Positions 36,549 through 49,124 of a stretch of DNA of 64,000 nucleotides are shown in pieces. A program made the position numbers and the translations under genes. Each line of letters starts with the position of its first letter. Within the stretch, counting starts at the first letter, position 1. Source of the stretch: Chlorokybus atmophyticus (lineage: Eukaryota; Plantae; Mesostigma and Chlorokybus algae); assembly GCA_009103225.1 (NCBI GenBank), contig RHPI01003256.1, forward strand, positions 92,091 to 156,090, written 5' to 3'. A model generated the notes under the pieces. The model searched no databases. It was not told the origin of the DNA and saw nothing but the letters and a program-made list of their open reading frames with translations.

Positions 36549-38079
36549 ATATTTGAGAGTCCTCTTGTTGATGGGCTCATGCCTGGCACCATGGGATGAT
36601 GATGCCATGCATTAGTTGAGCTGTTTTGGTGAGCCATTGGCACTTGTGCTGAGTTGAGTTAGTTACATGACTATAAGGTCGTATTGCGGGCTTTGCCTAT
36701 GCCATGCTTGCACAATCAGGACGTTCACAGAGACACTCACTCAACTACAGCACTCTACACCCATTGACATGGCGCACATGTTCAACTGCACCCACAGCAC
36801 ACATCAATCTTAGTTGAACCTTGCACAATGTTGCAACTCGAGTCACAGGCAGACAGGGTGATATCGCTACAATTGGATCCATTCACCGATTGGCAGCCTC
36901 AGGCAACCGCTTGTACTGCTATGGTTAACATAAACTTTCATGAACAACTTGGTAAGTGTGCAAGACAGATTTAACTACATAGCATAGCAGGCGCAACAGG
37001 ACAAAGAGCTTGGACCTGAGCCAAAGAGAAGTGACGAGCAGCAACTGTCTCGACTTGCGCCACACCCATAGCACCGTTATAGAAATGAAGCAACTGCCAT
37101 GACATGAGAGCAGTTTAACCTCACCCCACGCCAGGGTGGGGCACCCAGCTCCCCCAGCCTCTTCCAAACAACCAGCCCACGAACAAAGTACTTTGACGAC
37201 CTGAGCAGCATTGGAAGAGGACAACAGCAGCGACAACGCTGACAACGCCAGCGACAATGCCTCTTCTGTTGATGGCGTTTGCGCGCCTTATGACATAGGT
37301 GTTGTGCCGCAGCTCTTGTGGCCATTGGAGTTGTGCTGGAGCAGACGAGGAGCCGACATGCTCCAGCTGGTGTCGTCAAGGTCATAAGGATATATGACTA
37401 CGACCAGCTCCGGCAGCGCGCGTGACGAGGTTGTCGGTGTCCCATGTCTTGTGCAGGATTTGCTGTGTGTACAAACAGTATGGGGGCATAGTCAGCATTG
37501 TTTCCAACCAACCAAGCCTGCGTCTCTTCGTAATGAGACACGTACCTGTATAAGTTTCCAGAGTCTTGAGCGACCTTGTGAACATTGGGAACAACTTCTC
37601 ATTGACAACGTCAAACACCGTATCAATGCTCCCGTACCCCAGCAGAAACACCACAGCATCAACCTGTGTCTGCTGGAATCGACGGTGCAGCTGATTGGAC
37701 AGATGCACGTTACGCAAGTGACCATCTAGTCATTGCAGCATCCTTACAAACCCTTGCCCCCTAGCGCTTGATGCCAATGTACCTTGTGAATGCTCTACAC
37801 TCGCACAGATTCATGCTGAAAACAAATGCTCCTGGTCACGATGACATTGATACACATATGCGCTGCAGAAAGCCAACACACGGATGGACGGATGGATGGA
37901 TTCAACGCCTAGATGCAGTCACAGCCATCTGAGAAAACACTATGTACCTTCCACTGATGTTACCGTCACAGCCTATGCTACCCTACCTTTGCTCAAACTA
38001 CTGTACACTTCATGTGCAAAATGTGTGTCACACACGTCACATCTCAGAGCAAGTCTCTCTCTCCTTAACTCCCCACCCT

Positions 38080-40220
38080 TTAGTCTTTCCTCTTGCTCCC
38101 CATCCAGTTGGCGACGACAGGCGTGAGGGCGACGGTGGGAGGGAAGCGGATGGGGCTGGCCGCCTTGTGGGCCGCGTACGCCAGCGCGATAGTGCCAAGC
38201 TGAGACCCACCGCTGTCCACCTGCGTGTGTGTACACATCTGTCTGTTCATCTGTGTGTACACCCAAGCTGCATTCAACCCAAGTCTCACACCTGTATCCC
38301 GGCAAGCGAGAGGAGAGCTGCAACATTCACACCCGCGTTGACAAGGGCATAGCACACCCCGAAGGAGATGACCGAGAGCGACACCGAGGTGGCCAGGTAG
38401 GCGCCACCATACCTGCATATGTACTAGTGTTTGTGGTTTGTGGTGTTTGGTGTGTACTTCACTAATGTGAATTGGGGTGCAATCAGTTGATACTAGCGCT
38501 GGTGAATAATACTCCATCAAACAGCCAGACACGTGTGCGCAAACATGTAAACGCTACGTACGACACCATACAAAAGTGTGCATGCACATGTCAACAAGAA
38601 AGTCTGCTTCTAACAGAGCTGTGTACCATTGGTCGCTTGTGAATGTTGTCTATGAGACTGCCAGCCTCCACCCCACGCTTGCACACGCAGTGTTATGTGT
38701 ACCAAAGCCGCACCCCGCCAGCCAGCAAACACCAACATGCATGCTTAATTCAGCAACAAATCAGTTTGCTGATGTAAATATCTGGTGGTGGGGTGGGGGA
38801 CTTGCTATCTTATGCGCCGTTAGCAGTGTGCATGGAACGACAACAGCAAAGCGATACTGCCATTATTCAACATTGAAGAAACAGTAACGCATGTGCAGTT
38901 ACAAAGCGGAAAGAGGGAGAGAGATTACCATACCATCCCATACATGCACGCATGCATGTTAGCAACATGTACAGACTCAACAACAACACACCTTGCCAGC
39001 AGGTCCTTGGCTGTTGTGCCCATCTTCTCCCCATCTTCCCCCTCATCCCCCTTGCTCTTGCTCATGGTATTCCTGAGGGCTCTGAACAGGCCAGCCTGCA
39101 GCCCCTCATCATCACTATCATCCTCACCCTTACTTTTCTTTCTATTATCCACATCATCCCCCTTCTTCTTGCTCATGGTATTCCTGAGAGCTTTGAACAG
39201 GCCAGCCTCCAGCCCCTTATCACCATCATCCTCACCCTTCTTGTACTTACTGCTATCCACATCATCCCCCTTGTTCTTGCTCATGGTATTCCTGAGGGCT
39301 CTGAAGAGGCCAGCCTCCAGCCCCTCATCACCATCATCCTCACCCTTCTTGTACTTACTGCTATCCACACCATCCCCCTTGTTCTTGCTCATGGTATTCC
39401 TGAGGGCTCTGAAGAGGCCAGCCTCCAGCCCCTTATCACCATCATCCTCACCCTTCTTGTACTTACTACTATCCACATCATCCCCCTTGTTCTTGCTCAT
39501 GGTATTCCTGAGGGCTCTGAAGAGGCCAGCCTCCAGCCCCTCACCACCACCATCATCCTCACCCTTCTTGTTCTTACTGTTGTTGTTGCTCATGATACTC
39601 CTGAGGGCTCTAAACAGGCTAGCCTCCAGCCCCTCATCACCATCATCATCCTCACCCTTCCTGTTCTTACTAGTACCCACATCATCCTCCCCCTTGTTCT
39701 TGCCCATGGATTTCCTGAGGGCTCTAAACAGGCCAGCCTCCAGCCCTTCATCACCACCATCATCCTCACCCTTCCTGTTCTTACTAGTACCCACATCATC
39801 CCCCTTGTTCTTGCCCATGGTATTCCTGAGGGCTCTAAACAGGCCCGCCTGCAGCCCCTCATCACCACCATCATCCTCGCCCTTCCTGTTCTTACTACTT
39901 TTGTAACTATTTTTGAGGGCCTTGAACAGGCCAGCCTCCAGCCCCCACTTGCGGGTGACAGCCTCTACCTCATCAATTACCTTGTCGGTCACAGCGTCCT
40001 TCACCACCTGCCCCACACCTCCGCCGCCCTTCTTGTTATCCCCCTCCTTCAGGGCGCAGAGGGCTGCTTGGTGGTGGCCCCTGACACTAACGCTCTGTCT
40101 AGCCACATGTGGAAGGCGGAGGCCTCTGCCGCCGCCCCTGCTGGAGGTGGAGGTCCTGCAGGGCGACAGGGCGGAGACACACGCCGATGCTGAAGTGGAC
40201 GCTGTTGCCGTCATCATCAT
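38080..40220 (-). CDS. Plastid-targeted DUF1279/FAM210-like membrane protein with an internal 9x repeat
   Basis: Transit peptide, then repeats, then a spliced C-terminus AKDLLARYGGAYLATSVSLSVISF...ALAYAAHKAASPIRFPPTVALTPVVANW, which I recognise as the plant DUF1279 signature. Confidence 0.85.
39045..39948 (-). repeat. Coding minisatellite, 9 units of about 29-38 aa (GLEAGLFRALRNTM + K/D/G-rich spacer)
   Basis: Nine GL[EQ]A[GS]LF motifs counted in ORF 38925..40220; all indels preserve the frame. Confidence 0.95.
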
Positions 40221-40487
40221 GGGCTACGGGTGTGGCTGTGGATATTGTTGTGATGGCTGCTCGTGCTGTTTCGGTTGTTGTCCTCGCTGCTGTGGTGGAT
40301 GTGGTTGCCGTCGCCGCCGCAGTGTGTCTATCGCATGCAACGGCTGTGGATTCGCCCTATCCCCGATGTTCGCTGTAAGCATGCCGTCGGCACGGGAGGC
40401 TTGGACTTGTATGCCCAATTTGTTCAACGTTAATGCAGAGGCGGCGGCCGCGTGCATAAACTCTCAGTACTACTTGCACACGGTCCT

Positions 40488-40800
40488 TGTAATGTCGGTA
40501 GTCACAATAACGGCGGCATAGCAACATGCATATAGCAAGGGTACACTGAGCGGTATAGTAAGGCAGACTGAATTAAGAATGAGAAAGGTGCCCGCTTAGG
40601 GCACCTTTCTCATTAGGGCACAACTGTGGCATGTTGCTAATGCGTCTGTATGTGAAAGAGATAAGAAAAGGAATGCATGCTATTGGCTAATGCAATATCT
40701 ATTGTGCATTCTAATGAGGCGCGTGGCCTCGCTGTCTGACTAAGAGCGTGTTGATAATGCGGCGCTAACAAGACCATGTGAATAAGCATGCGCCGCTACA
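40488..40800 (-). repeat. 3' LTR (313 bp)
   Basis: TG...CA termini; preceded on the minus strand by the purine tract AAAGGGAGGGG. Confidence 0.95.
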
Positions 40801-40899
40801 TTACCCCTCCCTTTAAAAAGAAGAGCTGCGCTCGAAATAAGGCGTCATGTTGGAAACATGCTGAATGTTTTGTGTCTTCCTCCCACCGGGTGTATAGTC

Positions 40900-43800
40900 C
40901 CTCTTCTTCAGCTTGTATGTGTTAGGGCGGGTGCGTTCTTACATAACATAAAGACCGGACCATCTGGGTTTAAGTTTTGTAGTTTGATGAATAACCCCAT
41001 CGTGACCATACTTACGTTTCTTGGAAGTCATGCGGACAGTCTTCACAAGGACCCGATCACCCACAGCGTACTCCACTGTCCTGTGGCGCGCGTCATGATT
41101 TTTTTTCTGGCGGTCCTGTGCCGCACGTAGGTTTTCGGCTGCCACCTCCCGCAGGATAGGCAACTCCTGTGAGAGTTGCTGATACCAAGCGGAGCTGTCG
41201 ATGGCGGGACCGTACGAGGGTAGCTGAGCCTGTGGTGGGAGCTGAGCCTCGCGGCCGTACAGCAGACGGAATGGAGTGTGGCCGGTTGAGGCGTGTATGG
41301 ACGTGTTATAAGCAAATGTTACGGCCCCCAAAATGCTATCCCAATTGGTGTGGTACTCGTTGATGTATTTGGCGATAGTCCTCTTCAAAGTCCTGTTCAT
41401 TCTCTCAACCAACCCGTCCATCTGAGGATAATACGGTGAAGTAAAAGTTTGAGCAATGCCAAGTGCGGCGGCAACGCGAGCCATAACCTCGCCCGTAAAG
41501 TATAGGCCGCAATCAGATAAAATCTTTTTAGGGCAGCCGTGGCGCTTAATGATGGCGAGAAGAAATGATGCAACTGTGTCAGCGTTGACGGCTGCGATGG
41601 CCGCGATCTCTGTCCAACGTGTCACATATTCAGAACGTACAATGATGTACTGATTGCCCCCCCCATTGATGTTGGCAGAGGTCCGGTGATGTCCCAAGCC
41701 AGTAGATCGAACGGCTTGCCGACGGCGATGGGCTGGAGCTCTCCCGCGGCCTTGCCGTGCGTGTCGTTGTGGCGCTGACAGGTGTCACAGCTTCTGACAA
41801 AGTTGTGCACGTCAGCACGCAAGCCGTGCCAAAAGTACGAGGCGCGGACGCGCTCCAAGGTTTTGTGAAAGCCAAGATGCCCCATCAGTGGGTCATCATG
41901 GCAGGCTGACAGGTACACGAGATAAAAGCGCGCCGGAATGACCAGGAGCGGCTCCGACCCTGCGACGCAGGTGTACAGCAGGTCGCTGTCAGGATCGCCG
42001 TGCAGTACGTACGTGAGTGTACCAGCAGGTACGGTACCCAGGACCCCCGATGCCAGCATGGTGCGCAATTCGCGTAACTTGGGTTCCGTCATCTGGGCCC
42101 GCCGTATCTCAGTAACGCTGGGCAGGTCTGGCCTGGTCGGTCTGAGCAAGGTTGGCGGGGGCGGTGGCGTCTGTGGCGTAGGCAACGGCGGCGGCGGAGG
42201 CGATTGCTCATGCTGGTCACCTAGGGCAGGTAGTATAGCAGGTGACCGGCGTGGTTGCACCGTCGGAGGTGCAGCAGACTATGAGATCTCAGCTGGATTA
42301 CGCTGAGTGGTAGTGCTTGGGGCGGCCTTGTAGAGCAGTGCAGGCAGCTGCACAGGGGCGGCGGCGAGGGCGCCGGCGCTGCGGTTGTCCTCATAGGGTT
42401 CAGTAGGGTTGTAGGAACCAGCAGGAACGTCCTGGTAGGGCTCAGGAATGAACGACCAAGTGTCAGTAGAATGGCTTGCAGTAGGTGCAGTACTGGCAAC
42501 TAACGCTGTCTCCCGTGGCTGCGGTGCATTGCTGCTGTCTGATGTCTATGAGCGTGTCACTCTGCTTCGTGCTCTGCGTGGTGGCTGTAGCATGTTCGAT
42601 ACCCAACGTGATGCTTGAATGTCACCAACCATGTCCACCGGTGCGCGTGAGAGCGCGTCAACATCACCACACAAGGTCCCCGGACGGTGTGTGATAGTGA
42701 AGTCATAGGCTTGCAATGACAACACCCACCGGGCAATGCGACCTTTGGGTTGCTTCGTGCGTAGGAGCTGCACCAATGCGCTATGATCCGTTTCGATGTA
42801 CACATCCGCGCCATGTAGGTAGGGATGAAGCTTGTCGAAGGCCCACACCACCGCGAGACACTCGCGCTCCGTCGTAGTGTAGTTCTTTTCCGCCGGCGTT
42901 AGTGAGCGCGACGCGAACAATAGGGGCGCATACGCATCATGTGGATAGGAGTATTGCAACAACACGAGGCCAAGCCCGTAGTTGCTGGCATCCGTGCGCA
43001 ACACAAAGCTTGATGTGAAGTCCGGGAAGTGTAACAGAGGTGCTGAGGCCAGTGCGGACTTCAGCTCGAACGCAACCTGGCAGGCTTCCGTCCAGCTGAA
43101 GGTCACGTCTTTGCATACGAGTGCACGCAAGGGAGCTGACACTGTGGCGAATCCAGGTACGAAGCGTGCATAAAACGCACACATCCCAAGGAAACGGCGT
43201 ACTGCTTGTACACCGTTGGGCTCGGGGAACTGGCTGATAGCGGCAGTCTTGTCAGGGTCAGCGCGTAGGCCCTGTGCTGATACGATAAGCCCAAGAACTT
43301 TAACGTGCATACGGCAAACAGGCACTTCTTCTGGTTGAGTACGATGCCGGCTGTTTCGAGCCGCTCAAACACCTGTTGTAGATGTTCTCCGTGCTGTCCG
43401 ACACTCTTGGAACACACGAGGATGTCGTCTAAGTAGATAAGTACAAATGGTAGGTCATGGAGGATGTCGTGCATCAGCCGCTGGAAAGTCGCTGGTGCGT
43501 TGCACAGTCCGAATGGCATTACTGTCCATTCGTATAGTCGTGTAGTGTCTTTGCGCGGCTGTCTCCGTGCATACTGACTTGCCAGAAGCCGGAGGCAGCG
43601 TCCATCTTAGAATATACTCTGTACCCTTGTAGCTTGTCGAACATAGAATCAATGCTCGGCACAGGATACTTATCGTTTACGGTCACATCATTCACAGCTC
43701 TGTAGTCGACGCAAAACCGTTTGGTACCGTCTGGCTTGGCAGCAAGGACCACTTGACTGCACCATTCCGAGGATGAGGGCACGATGAAGCCGTGCTCGAG

Positions 43801-45509
43801 GAGATCTTTGACAAGGTTATCAATGATAAGATCCTCCGGCCGTGAGTGTCTCAGTATTGTCTGGTGTGAACGCGCCTGGCGTCTCTGATATCAATGACGT
43901 GCTGTACGACAGAGATGCACTTGTTTGCATCCGGAGCTGCAAACAGCACGGAAAACTCGTCCAGCACGGCTGTGATGGCGTTTGTGGCATCTGTCTCAAT
44001 TAATATCAGTGGCTCGGACTGTGGCTGAGGCTGAGGTACTCTGATTGGTATGGATACTTTGATAGGTACTGGTACTGATGCAGTGACAGCAGCAGCACAT
44101 ATGGTGGTTGGTGGTGACAGGAGCGTCACACCCCCGTCAGGAAACAGCAGTGCTTGCGTAGACACGCTGCAGTCAGTGGTGCGCAGCCAATCAGTGCTCA
44201 AAACAACGTCAAACAGCTGAGTAGGGAGGATGCGGAAGCGGTAACGTTGATTGTACTGCTCCCCAATCACCAAAGTGGCTGAGCAGGACGTAGAGGACTC
44301 GGCGGTGATGTTGCCGTCACCAAACTGTACTGTGATGCGAGATGCGGTTGACACTGGCAAGCGCAGCTGGGTGACAAGCGCCTCAGATACGGAGGAAATG
44401 GACGAGCCGGTGTCCAGGAGAATGTTCACAGTTGTGTTCTCCAACAGTCCTTGTACGGTGCACACGCCTTTGGCAGCGGCAGCAGAGGCCGTCACAGCTT
44501 GTACGTCAAAATGATTTATGAGGGGCGTCTCCTCCCCTCCGACAGCCAGCATGACGTTCTGCATGCGTGGACGGCCTGCCAAGCGACAATCATTGGCATA
44601 ATGGCCATATTTGTTGCAATTAAAAACATCTTGGTTCGCCAAGCTGGTTAAACTTGGGCATGGGGCGCTGAGGGGCTTGTGAACGTGACTGTGCATGTGA
44701 TTGTCCACGAAACTGAGGTTGACGTACAGTGCCGCCACTGTGGCGAGGGAAACGGCGTTGCTGTGTGCGGTTAAACTGAGTATGGTTTCTTGGTGCTACT
44801 GACTGGGCATTTAAGGTCACTTTGGGTAACTGACTGGGCTGTAAGTCATTAATAGTGGCTTCAACTCTCCTTGCCAAACCAAATGCTTCTTCCAAAGTGT
44901 TAGCTTGAGTAGTCGCTGCTCTGTCTCTATAATGTGGCTTCACGGTAGCCCAAAACAAGCCTATCCTTGTTTTCTCCGTCAAATTACCATCCGCAAACAC
45001 CAAAGTTTCATTAAAGCGCACAAATACTCGGTGATGAACTCTGATTCACGTTGCTTCATGGTGAAAATGTGTGACCAAGCTGAGGCTGAAGTAGCCGGAG
45101 TAGCCGAGAACGCAAATAATAAAGCATCACGGAGCTTGGACCATGTGGTTTCAACGTCTGTAAATTGATTAATTAACCAACCAGCGGCAGTACCGGTGAG
45201 CAGGAGAGAGACCTCGCGGCACTTGTCAGTGTCCTCCCATCCATGGTACTCGGCGTACTGGCTGACCTCCGCGAGCCAGTGCCGTACTTCCTTCGTGCGG
45301 TCGTCTGAAAACTTTTCAGGCCGCGCCCGCCTGTCACGTCCCCCCTGAGCTGCGGACTGCGCGGCGGCGACGTCGTTCGTGGTAGACAGCTGCTCCAGCC
45401 TGCGCACGATACGGTCAACCACGGCGGCGGACGAGGAGTCTACTACTGTCGTCCCGCCGGCTGCGGCAGCAGCGTCCGTAGCGGCTGCTGTAGCACGCGT
45501 CGGTGCCAT
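40900..45509 (-). pseudogene. Disrupted gag-pol of the second Ty3 element
   Basis: Fragments in several frames: 45509-44979, 45021-44620, 44738-43851, 43782-43519, 43519-43103, 43325-42546, 42260-41622, 41697-40939; the integrase ends without a chromodomain. Confidence 0.9.
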
Positions 45510-45636
45510 GAGTCAATGTGGTCGGCGTTAAAAGAACAGCGCTTGCCCGAAAATAAGCTGATGCCGGTGCCGAAAAGATGTAATTGAATAAAATGTGTTT
45601 TAATTAGGGGCCGTGAGTGATGTATTGGCACTCAAT

Positions 45637-45650
45637 CCGCGTCTCCACTA
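45637..45650 (-). promoter_or_regulatory. Primer-binding site, tRNA-Ala-like (TAGTGGAGACGCGG, probably a mutated TGGTGGAGACGCGG)
   Basis: Lies 1 nt inside the 5' LTR; resembles the complement of the tRNA-Ala 3' end (...UCUCCACCA). Confidence 0.6.
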
Positions 45651-45651
45651 A

Positions 45652-45951
45652 TATAATGTCGGTAGTCACAATAAAGGCGGCATAGCAACATGCATATAGC
45701 AAGGGTACATTGAGCGGTATAGTAAGGCAGACTGAATTAAGAATGAGAAAGGTGCCCGCTTAAATAGGGCACAACTGTGGCATGTTGCTAATGCGTCTGT
45801 ATGTGAAAGAGATAAGAAAAGGAATGCATGCTATTGGCTAATGCAATATCTATTGTGCATTCTAATGAGGCGCGTGGCCTCGCTGTCTGACTAAGAGCAT
45901 GTTGATAATGCGGCGCTAACAAGACCATGTGAATAAGCATGCGCCGCTACA
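45652..45951 (-). repeat. 5' LTR (300 bp)
   Basis: Direct repeat of 40488-40800 with a few substitutions and one 13-bp length difference; the terminal CA is mutated to TA. Confidence 0.95.
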
Positions 45952-48149
45952 TCCTGCCTCTTGAACTCTCGCCAGCCCGATCCGGGTCAACAATCGACTT
46001 GCAGCTGCTGACTCGACCGCAGATGGTGCCGTCGGCACGCTTCCTTGACGCGTATACAGATGGTTCATTCCGGTTGGGCGATGCACTGCGCGCCGCTTAT
46101 GCTGATGACAGCAATGACTGTATGCGGCGCGCTTTGTACAGGCTGAGCTGCATGCCATTCTGTGCGCGATCCACACCGCGCCGCAAAGTAGTGTAGTGAC
46201 TGCCAAGGCGGTAACTGTTAATAACAATCATCACAAGGCCCGCGGTAGGGGACTGCACTTTGAAGCTAAGCTGATAACTCGCACCAAGCACCACCGGCAC
46301 TTGGTGGACGCGATAGTGCGGACACGCACACGCCGCACTAACCCCGTGCAATTGAAATGGATAGCTGATGATTCCACACCATGTGATGTGCCCAACAAGG
46401 ACGACGTATGTGGGTACCAGACGGGTGCCCGGCAGCGAGACAGTGATCAGGCCGCGTGGTCCAATCACGACACAACGATGAAGACCGTGCGCGGAGCGTG
46501 ACGACCGTGCGATGAAGACGGCGAGGAGGTGCTGCATCAACGGCTAGTAGGTGTTGATGTAGTTAAAATAATGTTGGTTATTTATTTAACCATCTGATCG
46601 CATAATAAGGCAGTTAGCCACGGGTCTTACTGCAGGAAATGACAATAATGACTGTACATAGCTAGGGAAGATGCCCTAGTGTGGCTATGCCAGTATATAA
46701 TAATTGCATTATTAAGCAAACGGTGGTTAATAAGCTTATTTGTTATTGCATGCCTAGCTGGGTAAGACCAGTGACAAGGGTATAATGATAGTTCGGCGGC
46801 TCACTTGTAAGGAGCCCGGGAGCCGCCTTCTCTTCAAGCATCTTTAATACAAGAATGAGTTCTGAAACTTGAATGAATGATGCATGGCGTGCTTATGTGA
46901 ATGTCTCAATTTCACTATGAATTTTGCTCATTGCCTCCCCGGGTGGGCATGAGCTGTGTGTGCTAATACGTTCGGCGCACAGGCCACGTGGATGACGGTG
47001 GTGACTGCGCCACTACCGGTCACCCACCGGCTTCTCACACGTATACACTAATTATAATAGATAGGCTTGACTTGCGGCAAAAACCGCCCTCGATATACAG
47101 TGGGCGCCGGTTGCACCGGCCATCTGGATGACTAACGATGCGTTGATGACGACCGAGGATGCCGATGGTCCAATTGCAGTACCCATAAGTTATGGGCCAT
47201 AACAGCCCGTGTCATAGCTATTCTGTTTCGTGCCATGAAAAAATGACTATTGGGAGGGGTTTCGGAATGGCTTGGTGGCTCCGTCGTACCTCACCCATGA
47301 GGCGGTGTGGTCGGAACCCTTGCTGCAGTTACTACCCAAAATGGAGTCGCCCGCTCGGATGTTTGTATGCAAGTCATGGTCGGCCACTATGCATCATTGG
47401 ATTTAGTCCAGCGTTTTAACCAACTGCAAAGTGTCGCTTGTGTCGGACGGCTTATGAATCCCGCTCGCATCTGTTTAATTACTGCCCCGCCTTTGCGCTG
47501 GATAGAGTGCAATTGCACAATAAATCAACGGCTGTAGGTGACGAACTGCATATAGCGATACCTCCCCACTTGCTGCGTTTGATGATGACACCGGGAGATG
47601 CACCCACATATTGTGGATTTAAGCTAGTTGACATCCAAGCATGGCTACAGGAGCACGCGCTCGTCGACGTAATGTTATGGGCGAAGAAGGCAGTGATTGC
47701 GCTCATACGATGGTGTTCGTTGATGTTGAGGGAGCGTTGTCGACTGTGTAAGTCGAGACGGCTGTTGTATTTGCACTGCTGTGGCCTCGGATGAGGTATC
47801 TGGTCCAGTGCAACCATTCGCCGTTGCATGGCACAACCATGAAAATGCAAGCGAGCCCGTTTGGCTGCCCTTGCCCCTGCCAACTGACCTACCCCCTGAT
47901 TAATAGCACCGCTTGCTTTGCTCACATACCCCATGGAAAAGGATGGCCTACGCCGGCCCACCCTGTATGGTTGTGCCAGATCCAGGTGTGGTGAAGTTGG
48001 AGTACCCCAAAAAAACACGCAATTGCAAAGGCTGTGGAGAGATGGTGGCGGCCAAGGGAAATCGGTGCTACATTGGCAGATATCGTTGAGGGCAGTGCAG
48101 TTGCCGTACTTGTAAGGCTGTGCCCCTGGTACGTCGTGTACAAGGAGGC

Positions 48150-48916
48150 ATTATACTACTTTGCACACGATAAACGATGTACATTCCCTTTGTAACAAAC
48201 AATCATTATGATAATGCTACCTACAGTCCAACATTGGCAAAAACACATAAGCCCTACGATGCAACGCATTCATCGTTATAACCATGGTTTACACGATAAA
48301 CAACTGTGAATGCACTGAACATTCGGGATGTACCGACGGTGGTCAATCACAATGCGCATTGCCGTCGAGATCATGGCATGATTGTACGCTCCCGGCACGC
48401 TGCACACATAAGCTGGATCCAACCGACATAAACGACATGAATACATTAAGACTCATGATAAGCTCATGTCGATCCGCACCGTGCGTATGCAATTGCCAGC
48501 GCCATCGAGACCAGCCGCATGGTTCCGATGAAAGCGTAGCAACGCAACTGGGTGGGGCGGGAGGGCAAACCTTCGGCCGTCAGCGGCGTCGCCAACAACG
48601 CCGCCATTGAGGTGACGGCCGCAATTAGATTCACCGCTTGACATGTGTAATATTTAAATCCGAGTGTGTTAACTATTAGCATTGATCTCATGTTCGCTGA
48701 TTGTTATAAGCAACTCGCCGGCCAATAGTTGGCGCCGAGGAGTATTGCCCATTACACTACTTTGCACACGATGAACGATTTACATTCCTTTGGTCACAAA
48801 CAGTAATCCTACTTACAGTCCATGTTTTGCAAGAACACATAAGCCCTACGATTCAACGCATTTATTGTTAAAGTTATGGTTTACACGTTGAACGATTTTC
48901 AGTGCGTTGAACATTC
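48150..48916. repeat. Diverged direct repeat of about 170 bp (48150-48326 and 48751-48916)
   Basis: Shared blocks CTACTTTGCACACGAT, AACACATAAGCCCTACGAT, ATGGTTTACACG and GAACATTC occur in the same order. Confidence 0.85.
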
Positions 48917-49124
48917 TACCTCACCCTTTGAGCATGTATTGGTAGGGAAGAGTTGTAGATGTAGAGCGTGATGCACTGTATTGCCAAAGTTTCAAATCAC
49001 AATTTTTGTGTTACGTTGTCTAACCGTGGTTGATGCATTTGCGGATAGACTTTGCACAACGGTTGCAATACACTGCTGATGCTCAACACACGGCGCGCGC
49101 ATTGGTTCGTCCATAACCATAAAA

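Larger units (their letters stand above)
40488..45951 (-). mobile_element. Full-length but degraded Ty3/gypsy LTR retrotransposon with 4-bp TSD (TCCT)
   Basis: Near-identical LTRs at 40488-40800 and 45652-45951; TCCT at 40484-40487 and 45952-45955; PPT next to 40801; PBS next to 45651; gag, PR (LLDTGS), RT (PFGLCNAP, YLDD), RH and INT fragments broken by frameshifts and stops. Confidence 0.95.

Noticed and set aside
37380-37730. Overlapping 111-aa ORFs on both strands
   Set aside because: No recognisable motif or supported exon structure; left unassigned.
38893-40193. Two long + strand ORFs (337 and 413 aa)
   Set aside because: Antisense shadows of the coding minisatellite; only the minus frame has a transit peptide and splices to DUF1279.
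46050-46070. AYTDGS, an RNase H-like start motif
   Set aside because: No downstream E/D catalytic motifs found in frame.
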